Below are positions 52,352-64,000 of a stretch of DNA of 64,000 nt, one piece after another. Made by a program: the position numbers and the translations under genes. The stretch's first letter is position 1. The number at the start of each line of letters is the position of its first letter. Under the pieces are notes generated by a model that did not search any database, was not told the origin of the DNA, and worked only from the letters and a program-made list of their open reading frames with translations. Source of the DNA: Octopus bimaculoides (lineage: Eukaryota); the NCBI RefSeq assembly GCF_001194135.2, contig NC_068988.1:91899713-91963712 (forward strand), given 5' to 3'.

Positions 52352-53147
52352 CTGAAAAATCATAATATGATAGAAATATAGATAGGAAACGCTTGCTCGT
52401 AATGAGCGTGAATTTGGCAGTTGAGATGGTGAGAATGCATCATGATGTTGGCGAATAATGAGGTGATAACGTTTGCAGGAGATAAGTTAGACGTGTATAA
52501 ATTATCTAGGATTCGGCTGAATTTGCTGCTAGCTGGAGAGAGATGGGGCAGTGTGGGGCAACCAACATGCACTTGCTTGCAAGGAATAAGGAACCAGGTC
52601 ACAGCAGAAAAAAGGAGGGAAATTATAAAGATTCTCTCTGTTTAAAAAACAAAAAAAAAAATTATAGTCATACAGGAGAGGTTAAAGGTTAAATAGAAGG
52701 GGATTGATAACCATCAAGATTGTTTAATAGAATTTAGTGAATGGCAAAGAAGTCAGATTTTCTCAAGTTTTTCTTGTTTTTATTTTTTCTTCTTTTTTCT
52801 TCATGTTCTTGACTTTTTTTTTTCTGAATGAAGTCAGGGTTTAAAAGAAGGAGCAGGTTATATGTAGTAAATGAGGTGAAGTAAAAGAAAGAGTGAGGAA
52901 GGTTGGGAAGGGTGAGAGAAAGAGATAGGAAAGAAAGAAAGAAAGACAAAGAAAGAAAAAGAAAGAAAGAAGAAAGAAAGAGTAGCAGAAGAATGAGAAA
53001 GTAAAGCTTCAGACAGCCAGCTCATGCAAACGGCACCATTACCAGAAGGATGGATCAGTGACATAGCCATTTGATGTGACCATTAGGTTACAGCAGTATT
53101 CTTCTTTCAGTTAGGCCAAAGTGCATTCACAAGCTGATCTGACTTAC

Positions 53148-53263
53148 GTTTTCCTGATAGCCAAGGCTGTATCCTCCAATTTCACCAGTACTACCAGGGG
53201 GTAAATCTTCTCGAGGTGTGCCTGGACCGTTGGGGGGTGAACTCTTCATACCATCCATCTCTC
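53148..53263 (-). CDS. Ssdp: Ssdp exon (G)[38 protein letters not shown]
   Basis: ctttgctcgctccag acceptor, gtaagt donor, conserved PGTPR(E/D)D motif, phase 1 to 0. Confidence 0.96.
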
Positions 53264-53373
53264 CTGGAGCGAGCAAAGTTGGCAAAAGAAAAATATGGAA
53301 TTTGGAAAGAAGAAAAGAAAGAAATCCACATAAATTTCAAAACTGTTGATATACTAACAGAGAAATCTGTAGA

Positions 53374-53416
<43 letters not shown>

Positions 53417-53887
53417 ATAATAATAATAATAATAATAATGGCAGTGGTAGCAGTGAATAGTTTGGTCATAAGAACAACAACAAACAATTATATCCCACGA
53501 AAAAATGGGGAAGCGCTTAATAAATCAACATATGCTAACTTTTCATGGCAAAATTTATCAGATTTTCTATGAATCTAACTTATGTATAAATAAAGGAGGA
53601 GATGTGTATGTGTGCGTGAAAGAGCATAGGACCTTGCAATGTGTCCCCTAAAGAGATTAAATCTCAGAGGTACTTGTTAATATAGATTTAATAATAGGCG
53701 AACAGACAAGCAACTGTTCAACCAATACTGAATGGGTAGCATGGTAATTAACTACTAATTAAAACTCAGTAGTTAATTAGACAGTTTCTTAAAACGTTTA
53801 TGAATAATAAAATGAAGACTAGAGCAATTAGTTATCTCCCTTAAGTTGCCCTGTAGTCTTAAGGTCCATACACACACACACACACAC

Positions 53888-53924
<37 letters not shown>

Positions 53925-55753
53925 CTGGCATCTAGATGAAGCAACTGAGTGGCTCGAGGGCCTGTTTGTATCATGTGACAGATATTTCAGGAAGTATTTT
54001 GTAAAAAAAAAGTAGATTGCAAAACTAAAATATTGGTTGCATATCATAAATGCAAGACTTAAACTATGTATATGCCCGAGCACTGAGTATTAGTTACAAA
54101 CACAAATAGCTGTCTTTCTTTTGCCTTTCTCTTTATGTCCTGCCTTTCACCAACCAAACTTTAAATAAATATAGATATTAAATATTTCATGACATATTTG
54201 ACAGATTTCAAAATTTCTAAGATACAAGATAAAAATTATTAAACAACCTATTAAGGTTTTATTCATCAACAATTCAATGCAAATAAAACAAGGAACAAGA
54301 ATGTTAGTTAACATTTTACAGCCAACAACATAAAATACAAAGGATTTCCATTTATATCTTTGAAAATTCTTAAAGAAAAAAAAAAAAAAGGAAAAAACAA
54401 AACCTCATACAACCACAACCACACACACATCACCTGATTATGCATATGAAATATAAAAGTATAAGAAAACAAATAATGAACTGATTTAGTGCTAGTGCCT
54501 TTGTCTACCCAACCATATTATACCCAACAGATATTTAAAGACAAAACAAATATTTCAGTTTACGGTTGATTCAAAGCTGTTGAGTTTCTCTCCTGTTAAT
54601 TGCCACATGAAATCCTGAAGATGAAATCTCAATATGCTGAAAGACCCTCACAGAAAAGGTACAGTGAAACTTTAGATGTCTTAAAGAAGTTAAGATCATA
54701 ATACATATGTTTAAAGACAACCTAGGACAATGTGTGTGTCCAGCCTAAAGCAACCAACTGAACAGGCTACAAAGAGAAGGAAGAAATAAAGAATTAAATA
54801 AAATCACACAAAACAACCAAAAGAATCAGCTGATGATTAGTAAAGCAGCAAATATTAATTAGCAATCAATTAGCTGTCATTAGTGAGTGAGTTGATAGAG
54901 GAGAGTATATTTCAGTACTGATGTGGAGTTAAAACAAAAAAAAAAAAAAAAGCAGTTATGGCACAAATCATTAGTGGCTGCAAAACTGGTTCCTAGATTT
55001 TTGGTGAAATATTGAGAAATGAATCAAATGATGCAGCATTCCATTAAATGCTGAAGACAATTTCTGGAAACAAAAGAATTGAGGAAGATTTCCATGCTAT
55101 GTAAAAGACGAGAAAACAGTAAAAGTGTGTCTCCTGAAGAATTTATGTGGAGCTTTCACTTTAGTAGAAGTGGAAGAAAATGAAGTGAACTTAACAATGA
55201 AAAGGAGTGAAATGATTATTCTTATTGAAAGGCGCTGTAAAAGCACAAGCCCAATCAAGGAGGATGAATATTCCCAGAAGAGAAAAATAATCCAATGAGA
55301 TTTTCTTTTTTTAAATACATAGAAATATAAAGAGCTAGAAATAGAAACACCTTTAACACAGGTAAAGAAGTTAGGTGGATGGGAATATGGAAGACAGATG
55401 TTGATTTCCAATAGTTTATCCAGTTATCCACCAATAACAAATTTTATAGCAAAAGATTAACTGCTTTCCTTGCTGACAGGAATTATATCAATGCTTTGTC
55501 AGCAAAAGAGAAAGGAGAAAATTCAGTTTGCTAAAATATTATCATACAACCGAGAACAACAACTGTTTAAGGAATTTTCAGTTACCTATTTGTTTGTTTG
55601 TTTTTAGTGTTATAAGAAAGAACGGATATGTGCTTTTGTGTCCCTGCAACAATTTTCAGGATACATACCTGGACACTAGCCTGTATTAACATCTCTGCCT
55701 ATTTTTACAAAACGATCAAGACGAATATCAGAAACATAACTACCAGTTGTAGA

Positions 55754-55792
<39 letters not shown>

Positions 55793-56366
55793 CAACCAGA
55801 CTATTTTCAATTTCATTCAACTCCAAAGATAAAATATTACACTAGATACAACTCTTCTATTCATTTAATAAACTTCAAATCATTTACAGGTTCTGTAACA
55901 AATAGATGAAGGGATTGACAAATAAAACTATCTTTACAACATATTCTAGAAAAATATTAGGATCTGGAAAGTAATTTATAAACACATTGTTGCATGTATA
56001 TCCCACTGAAATGTGGCTATTTATTCCTTTTTGTGACACCCACCTTATACGTCTTATATAACGTTTACTTATTGAATCCCTGTTTTCTGCTTTCCTACTT
56101 ATTCTTTAAGTGAGAATACAGACAGAGAAGAAAATATTTCAATAAATAACGCTACCAATCCTGACATTATGTAAAATAATTGCATGGCACATTCACTGTT
56201 ACAAAATACAGTCCATTAAACAAATACAAAAATAAAAAGATGCATTTCCTTCAAGAATATTGTTGACATTATAAAAAGGGTAAATGTGGTTGGTGGTCAC
56301 CATCAGCAACAGCTTACTCGCTGCTACTGCATCATTAAGCCTGGCTAGCTAGGATAGTTCACTTAC

Positions 56367-56433
56367 CGTTCATCACAGCAGGCATGTCAGCTCCCATTGG
56401 CATTCCTCCGTCTGGTCCTCCCATCGGTGGAAA
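56367..56433 (-). CDS. Ssdp: Ssdp exon [22 protein letters not shown](G)
   Basis: ctttgctag / gtaagt sites, phase 0 to 1. Aligns with SSBP FPMGPGSDGPMGGM...MNG. Confidence 0.94.
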
Positions 56434-59400
56434 CTAGCAAAGGCAACAAACAGGGAAGCAGGTCAGAAGTGACTGCGATACAGAAAAGCAAAGGATGGGC
56501 AGAACAACAGAATGTGCAACTGAGAGGAGGTTGGACCTTATTAAACCAGAGAATGGGCTGAAGAGATTAAAAAAAAAGTGCCAACATTTGTCATACCAAA
56601 TCCAATTTACAAAAATGATAAATACTTAATATTTTTCTTTCAAACAATAAACAGCCTGTAGAGGTATTTTATGCAGAAGAATGAGTAAAAAGAAAAAAGC
56701 AAGCATTCAGCAACTTTGAAAATGATAGAAACCTTCTGACAAAACAGTGTTAAGTTGCAATGTTTTTTCTTCAGATAATTATTTACATTTTCAAATTTAA
56801 TTAAAATCTAAACAGCAACATTAGCTGAAAGATTTGCGGATTGTAGAAATTTGAAATAAATACTGAACACAAAAGACTGGGGACAACTCTAAATCTAGAA
56901 ACTCTAAGAGAAATGAGAATTGGTAAGTACTATGTTAAACAACTTAGAGTGAAACCCATGAAGAATGTGAAGAACTATAAAAGAATATAAAAGAAATAAA
57001 GACTTGGCCAAAATAATGAAGGAATTTAGTTTTTGAAGACTCAGAGAGAAGATGGAGTAGAGGGGTGGGAAGGGTACTAGAAGCCATCAGCATGGAAGTT
57101 GGTCAAGTCTGATAAAAGATATCTACATGGCCACAGGATATGGCTGAAACTGGTAAAAAGAGTACAGCACACACAAGGGGAGGGGGAAGCCAAAGTGCAA
57201 TAAAGCAAGACAGTAATTAAAAGTAGTTGATGTGTGAGTATGTATATGCGCACACACATATTCACACATGCTCACACACAAATTATAGTATATGTGTGTG
57301 TGTATGTTAAGTAAGTGCACAGCAGCAGGACAATGAACAGTTACTATGGCAGCAAAATAGTGGTAAACACCATCCAAGACAGCAAGTCAAGTCTTCCTAT
57401 ATCTTCAGTCAACATTGTTGGTATCAACAAGCTATGGGGGTTGATACTACATACGGCTCATCTTAACATTACCTAGAAGAGAGAGATGTTAGATGAAGAC
57501 ATGGGAAAGGTAAAATTTTACCAAAAGATAACCGTAGCACTCCGACTGACTGGTGTCCACTTATCAATGAAGATTAATTTAGAAAGTCAATGATTGTTCC
57601 AACACATGTAAGCTGGGCAATAGCAAGAACAGGTGAAACAGTTGTTGTTGCAAGACACTAATTCATGTTTTCGGCCAAAATGAAAAAAAAGAGATTGAAT
57701 ATTAACATAAAAGTAGAATATTAATTTTTTTTCAACTTGGACAACTAGACTAAGAAGAAGACAAATTAACTCATTTAAGTTTGTGTTTATATATTTTTAA
57801 TCGCATGTACTTTGAGATCTCTTAACATCTGACAGTGAGGATCAAAATATTTAGAAAAGCTTGGAATTAAAAAATAAATAACTACCATTTTAATACTTGT
57901 CTCAAGATAGACATATTGGTTACCAGACTGTACTTACTTGTCAAGATAAGTTTATAAGTATTTCACTAGAAATATTTTATCTTTTGAAAAAATTAAATAA
58001 ATAAAAACAAGTGTAACTTAAGACTCAGATTTTTTTTTTGTTTTCTTTACAATAACAACAACTTAAAATTTATTTTTCAGATCAAAGATTTTTCACATTT
58101 ATCTTTAAGTTATTCACATTATTGATTAAATTATACTAAACTCTATGAAGGATACGGAAGATAACTTTTGCTTCAAATGAAAACATCTTGTCTAATTAAC
58201 AACAACTCTGACACTATACACAATAAAATCAATGTACATAATAGACTAGTTAATCTTTTTTTAAACAAAAAAAAAAAAAAAANNNNNNNNNNAAAAAAAA
58301 AAAAAAAAAAACCTTTTCCGGAGAACAACAAACAAAAGCCAATAGATATAAGCTGGTTTCATGCAAGGTGAGAAAGAGGACAATTTAGTGTCTTTACTAA
58401 TATCATACCAAACATGCTTTCAGTAATCATCTGCAATCAATTCCAGAGGATTCCACTGCACTATTTGTACTTTAAAAAGGATCACAGGCATTGGATTTAA
58501 CAAGAATTGCTACTGAATGCTTATCTTTACAAAATGTCTCAAGTAATATAATTAATATGGATAACTTTCACCAAATTACTGGGACCAAATTAAACTGCTT
58601 GATTAGATATTTAAATTATTATTGTTATTTCGGTTACACTGACATTTCCAGGGAAACAGTCAGTCCTCAAATGACAAACAATATAAATCTTGTTATTGTT
58701 TTGGTAAAACTTTTGTTTAACCACGAAGATTAGGACAATTTAATAAATTCGACACATTCCAACTGATTTCACAAAAGTAGTAGTAGTAGTAGTCACAACA
58801 ACAACAATAATAATAATTAACATTCAAAGTAATTTAACAGTAAGCAAACTAAATGAATAAATAAATATTGTCTAGAAATTCTAATAGTAAACAAGCAATA
58901 AAGTTTTAATAGCTGACAACAGAGTGGTTAGTGAAGAAGTCTAAAGAAGGCAGAGTAGCAGAATTAGATACAAGACCGTAGAACATTTACTACTGATGAT
59001 GATGATGATGATGAAGACAATACAAACATTTAAAAAAAGAAAAGGGCTCCCTCCACTCTCTATAGGATTGGCAATTATTTTATCAATCCTGGGAGGGTGA
59101 AATGCCAATTTGACATCAATAATATCACAATGAATTTCAATGAATATAAGTGTGTGCACACACAGGTGCATACACAACCGTGTTGTTAACAATTTCACAT
59201 CCACGTTTTCAATTGCTAACATTGATTTTAAGAATGTATTTTACAAATAAATTAAGTATTTTCTGATACCAACCCACCCTCACTAAAGTAGAGGTGACAG
59301 TGAAGTTAGTAATGACCCAATGTAACAGCTGCAGTCAAGTTTGAACTCCAGCTGCTCACATCATAACTACTTAGCCACCTTTACTTCTCATTAAAAAGCA

Positions 59401-59589
59401 TGTGCGTGTGTGTGTGTGCGCGCGCGCACACACGTGTATACACAGATGCACACACTTATTATAAATAGAAAAGAGATAATACTGACAACCAATGTTTGAA
59501 ATAATTACGGTGACAAAACTGAATAAATAATGGTGAATTATAGTTCATTTATTCTGCATTGAACTTAATTAGAATAATTCACTAACTGT

Positions 59590-59630
<41 letters not shown>

Positions 59631-59919
59631 TATTATATTTAAGCAGTGTGTAAATGTTATGCTATTTTCTATCACAATAAGAAATATCCTATATAGAAAT
59701 AATATCAATAGCTTTTTTAATACTGATACCTACCCAAAAATTTATAAGAACTGAATACAAGTGATTTAATTAGCACTTGGTATATAACTGGTAGTTATTT
59801 TATCAACTGCAGAATGATCAAACTTGGCTCCAGTGATTCAGAACATCAAGGGACATAACTACATAATTCAGAACATTGAGGGACAAAGACTAGATGATAA
59901 TTCCCGACGTGGGTGCAAA

Positions 59920-60525
59920 GATATGAAACTGGAGAAAGGGATTAGTTGATACAATCAACCTTTAGTGTTTGAATAGTACTTTATCTTACAAATCTAGCAA
60001 GGATGAAAGGCTAAGTTAACCCTAGTGGGATTTGAAAGAGTCAGAACAAATATCACAAGTCTTGCTGTCCATTGCTCTAACAAATCTGCCAATCACTGCC
60101 ACTGATGATGATGATGATGTTCATGATGATGATGATTTAGGCAGAATTGTTAGAGCATCAGACAAAACGCCATGTGGTATTTTGTTTGCCTCTTTAGATT
60201 AAGAGTTCATATTCAACTAAGTTCACCTTTGAACAATCTGAGTTGATAAAACGACCAGTACTAGGGTCACTGATTGCAACTGCTCTCTCCACTTCAGAAA
60301 TGCTGGTTTTGTGCCTAAATCAGAAAACATGATAATAATAATCCTTTTTACTATAGGCAGAAGGCCTGAAATTTGGGAGGAAGGGATAAGTCGCTTACAT
60401 TGACCCTGAAAGGATGAAGGGCAAAGTCAATCTCTGCAGACTTTGAACTCAGAATGTAAGGATGGATGAAATGCTTGTTAAGCATTTTGCCCAGTGTCCT
60501 TATGATTCTGCCAGCTCACTGCCTT
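59920..60525. mobile_element. Three degenerate SINE family A copies in an Ssdp intron: ~59920-60090 (-), ~60135-60325 (+), ~60345-60525 (-)
   Basis: Heads ggcagaattgttagagc (+) and attctgccagctc (-); gaaaggatgaagggcaaagtc core. Confidence 0.65.
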
Positions 60526-60842
60526 AATAATATGAACAATAATAATTAATTAATTCATTAGTTAATTAACAATCATCACCTACAATCCAAGAAACAAACT
60601 TGGTTTGAGATATTGTAATTTCTTCTAAAGAGCTATGAAATTACAGAACAGAAATGTGATACTAAGGCAATGACAAAAACAAACAAAAAATCAAATTAAT
60701 TATGCCTATGAATGAGAAGCTACAAATCAATTCATGCTCGATGCAGATTTATGAATTATATATATATATATATATACACACACACATGCACAGACCCAGT
60801 CTAAGACTGATTTGTAAGCTACATAAACATAGTTGGACTCAC

Positions 60843-60907
60843 CCCTGCCATATTTGGCATACTAGCTTTCATCATGCCATACATGCCATCACCAGAACTC
60901 GTAGAAT
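60843..60907 (-). CDS. Ssdp: Ssdp exon (D)[21 protein letters not shown]
   Basis: aatttatag / gtgagt sites, phase 1 to 0. Aligns with SSBP DSTNSSxNxYTM. Confidence 0.92.
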
Positions 60908-61225
60908 CTATAAATTGCAGAAAGAAAATTATCATTTCATTATTTGAAAACAAATGATTATTTTTTCTTCATTTTCTTTTTTCTTATTATACATCTATTC
61001 TTCTATTAGTTTTGCTGGGAGGATATATGATGGGTAGAAGAGGAACCTGTTGTTAGTTAATTTAACTATAATTTGTATATGTCTTACCCAGCAGTACAAC
61101 AGAATAGCTGATCACGGTAATAGTTCAGTACTGTTACTCACAGTTACTGGACCTTCAATGATAACAAAGAGAATCAGAAAAAATAAATAAATCAATAAAT
61201 GTCAAGGAAATGCAGTTGTCCCTAC

Positions 61226-61280
61226 CTTGTGGACTTGGCATAATCGGCGTTCCTGGAGCCCCTCCTGTAGCAGGTGGACC
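61226..61280 (-). CDS. Ssdp: Ssdp exon [18 protein letters not shown](D)
   Basis: attttaag / gtaggg sites. Conserved PGTPIMPSP motif of SSBP2/3/4. Confidence 0.96.
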
Positions 61281-62604
61281 CTTAAAATAGTTGGAAAAAT
61301 ACTTTATAGCCAGAATTTAAAATTGAAAAAAAAAAAAACAAGAATAGCAAACACTTCAAGTTTTATACCTTTCAACATGTATCACCATTTGCAAATATTT
61401 ACAGACTTCACATAACATACTGATCTTCATTTGGTCAAGCCAAATAGCTTGATTTGCTAGAATTAGCAGCTAAACTACCCTCAATTCTTTAAAAGTAAAG
61501 GGGATACACTGGGTTAATGTAGTATTAGATACACAATACCTAAAAGAAGGATGTACAGTTATGACTAGAATATCTTTGGTAATAGGCTTGCTAAATCAGA
61601 GCTGGTTGCAGCTGAAGAACAACATTAATCTAATTCATTCAGTCTCTACAAATACTGCTTTTAACAGAAGCATGCATCAAAATATTTTCTGGAAACAGAA
61701 CTTTAAACTTTTGAATAATTTCACTTTGGACTGATCACCAATGAAGATATTGGGAAGAGCTCAAAGTGGAAACTTAATACATGGCAAGCAGACAGCAGCA
61801 GAAATCTTCAGGAGAACTGTCAAGCAAGTGATTCAGCCTGTTACTTCCTGGCATGTTAAGGTAATCAGGTCCACCTAGGTCATGACTCCTGGGTTTTCTA
61901 CTGTTTTCAAAATTGCAAACTTTATGAGGATTAAACCAGGAGCCTTCCCTGAACTGTGGCATCTATCACTCAGCCACAAAGACCACGAAAAGAACTCGCA
62001 TAATAGATCTATTTCAAACTGGGTTTCCCTCCTGTTTAGCAGCTTGCAATACTCTCTTCCAGCTCCGGTTATTGTTTCTTTTTGTTTATAGTTACATTAA
62101 GCTCTCCTCAGCTGTCTCTGACAGACGTTTTCTTATCACTCTTTTCAGAAATGAAATGATTGATACTGAAGTATTCTATAATACCCTATTAATATCAGAA
62201 AGTATATAATCCTTTCTGTTAAATTGGGATCACAAAACAGTTATATGAAAAAAGACTAGAGAACGACCTTCAACCAAAACCAGACTGCTGTTTCGTACAA
62301 AAGTGAGGTTGTCAGAGATCAACTCAAACAACTATCTCATCTATAACATAATCATCTGTCCCCAATAGATTTTATAAATAAGCCCAAAGTTGCTCAAGGG
62401 AAACGAGGGGTTTCGCAATATTTGTTAATGTACAAAATGATTCTGCAGTGAATTTAATAACAGTATAATAGTCAGTCCCTAAATCCTCATTGCTTCACAT
62501 ACACAATGAACATCTTAAAAAGTAGGGAGAGGAACAAGAGACAAGTCGTATAACAAAAAGAAAAATTACAGCAATTTACAGAAGAAGCTGGGGAACAGAC
62601 TTAC

Positions 62605-62640
62605 ATTATAACTGCCAGGTGATGCTGATGAATAATTTAT
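62605..62640 (-). CDS. Ssdp: Ssdp exon [12 protein letters not shown]
   Basis: tttttctag / gtaagt sites, 36 nt, phase 0 to 0. Aligns with SSBP IPYSSSSPGxYV. Confidence 0.94.
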
Positions 62641-62939
62641 CTAGAAAAATAAAGGATGGAAAAAATATTCAGGAAAATCAAGCTGAAGAAAACACAGCTT
62701 CTTATTTAAGTAACAATATTAGGATATACAATACCATCATATTTTTATAAACTGATCTGGAATTAATTAACATATATTATCAGACCATACAATTATCAAA
62801 TGCACTTATCACATAACCAAAACAAAGTCAACACTCAAATAAAAAGAGTTATCATGTACCCAAACCTTAAAGTTAATAGTTAACAATATGTACCACAGGT
62901 ATTACATAGATAGTGTATAATACAACACATAACTGGATG

Positions 62940-63120
62940 CTATGTTACACCTGGAAGTCCTGTAAATTTACACCTAAGACCAGTTAAAATGCATAAACTT
63001 GTTGTTGACTGTGTCACAGTATTTTGTTACAGTAATACTGTGTTACATATGACAGTCTTGTAACACTAGTACACCTGGTAATTCTATAACAGTGTTACAC
63101 TTTGTAATTCTGGAAGAATA
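62940..63120. repeat. Degenerate ~24-bp repeats with gttac...gtaac self-complementary ends, inside an Ssdp intron
   Basis: gttacacctggaagtcctgtaa, gttacatatgacagtcttgtaac, agtacacctggtaattctataac, gttacactttgtaattc. Confidence 0.55.
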
Positions 63121-63293
63121 CTTTCAACTTTGCAATAATAGGCCAGTGTTATAATTGTCAGTTCTTTGTGTTCGCATCATCAGTCCAACTCAGCAGATAT
63201 TCTGTTCCTTCTGCTGTTTCAACTGTTATAAACAAATTAGTTAATTATATGTTGTAATTATCATTAAATAAAAAAGTAGAGAAAATAACTTAC

Positions 63294-63339
63294 TGATGAA
63301 GATGTTGGGGGCCATGGTCTGTTTCCTTGTCCACCAGGC
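63294..63339 (-). CDS. Ssdp: Ssdp exon (G)[15 protein letters not shown]; upstream exons lie beyond the window
   Basis: ctattttttctcag / gtaagt sites, phase 2 to 0. Conserved GP..GRPWP motif. Confidence 0.94.
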
Positions 63340-64000
63340 CTGAGAAAAAATAGAAAGAGAGAAGTGAACATTGTTACGTTAAAAGCCTTACATGGATCCC
63401 TTAAGTTATTTAAAAACAATACAAGAAGGGTAATTGTACTGCCTTAAAAGTAATTCAAAATTTAACAAGGTTTTCAAAGCAACACATTTAATAATGATTT
63501 CTATATTTTCTTATTTTTGGTCCGTTTTACATCTATTTTTCTACATTTGCATAGATTAGTTCCGTTGAGGCATGGTTCCACAGCCAGATACTAACCCATA
63601 TCTGTTTTCCAAAATAAGGAGTCTCTAATTCCACAACATCATCATCGTTTAACGTCCGCCTTTCATGCTAGCATGGGTTGGCAATTTGACTGAGGACTGG
63701 CGAACCAAATAGCTACACCAGGCTCCAATCTGATCTGGCAGACTTTCTACAGCTGGATGCTTTTCCAAACGCCAACCACTCCAAGAGTGTAGTGGGTCCT
63801 TTTACATGCCACCGGCACAAAGGCCAGTCAGGCGGTACTGGCAACAGCCATACTCAAAATGGTGTATTTTACATGCCACCTACACGGGAGCCAGTCCAGC
63901 GGCACTGGCAACGACCTCGCTCGGATGTGTTTTCACATGCCACCAGCACAAGTGCCAGTAAAGCGACGCTGGTAACGATCACGCTCAGATGGTGCTCTTA

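Noticed and set aside
56310-56366. Second donor (GCGA|gtaagc) about 50 nt downstream of the Ssdp exon at 56367
   Set aside because: Extension hits an immediate stop and the upstream donor is a perfect gtaagt; no other support.

Overview
AT-rich, microsatellite-dense eukaryotic genomic DNA from a gapped assembly with nine N runs, most flanked by simple repeats. The repeat families suggest a coleoid cephalopod, most likely Octopus (inference). The one confidently identified gene is the 3' half of an Ssdp/SSBP2-3-4 ortholog (LDB/Chip cofactor) on the minus strand. It has seven small exons from 63339 to the stop at 52247, all missed by the ORF track, which splice in frame to (G)[162 protein letters not shown]. 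The N-terminal exons lie beyond 64000. A tentative second minus-strand gene, possibly a single-pass membrane protein, can be threaded through small candidate exons at 28-37 kb. The first ~25 kb is CpG-retaining transposon debris: RTE, R4-like, CR1/L2-like and Penelope fragments, several tRNA-derived SINE families, MITEs and a full-length dead Tc1-like element with D-36-E spacing. Repeats beyond ~30 kb are strongly CpG-decayed. No prokaryotic-type system, CRISPR array, rRNA or bona fide tRNA was found. The most interesting leads concern splicing (alternative C-termini, a recursive-splice-like poison microexon), the candidate second gene, a methylation boundary read from SINE decay, and some transposon oddities.
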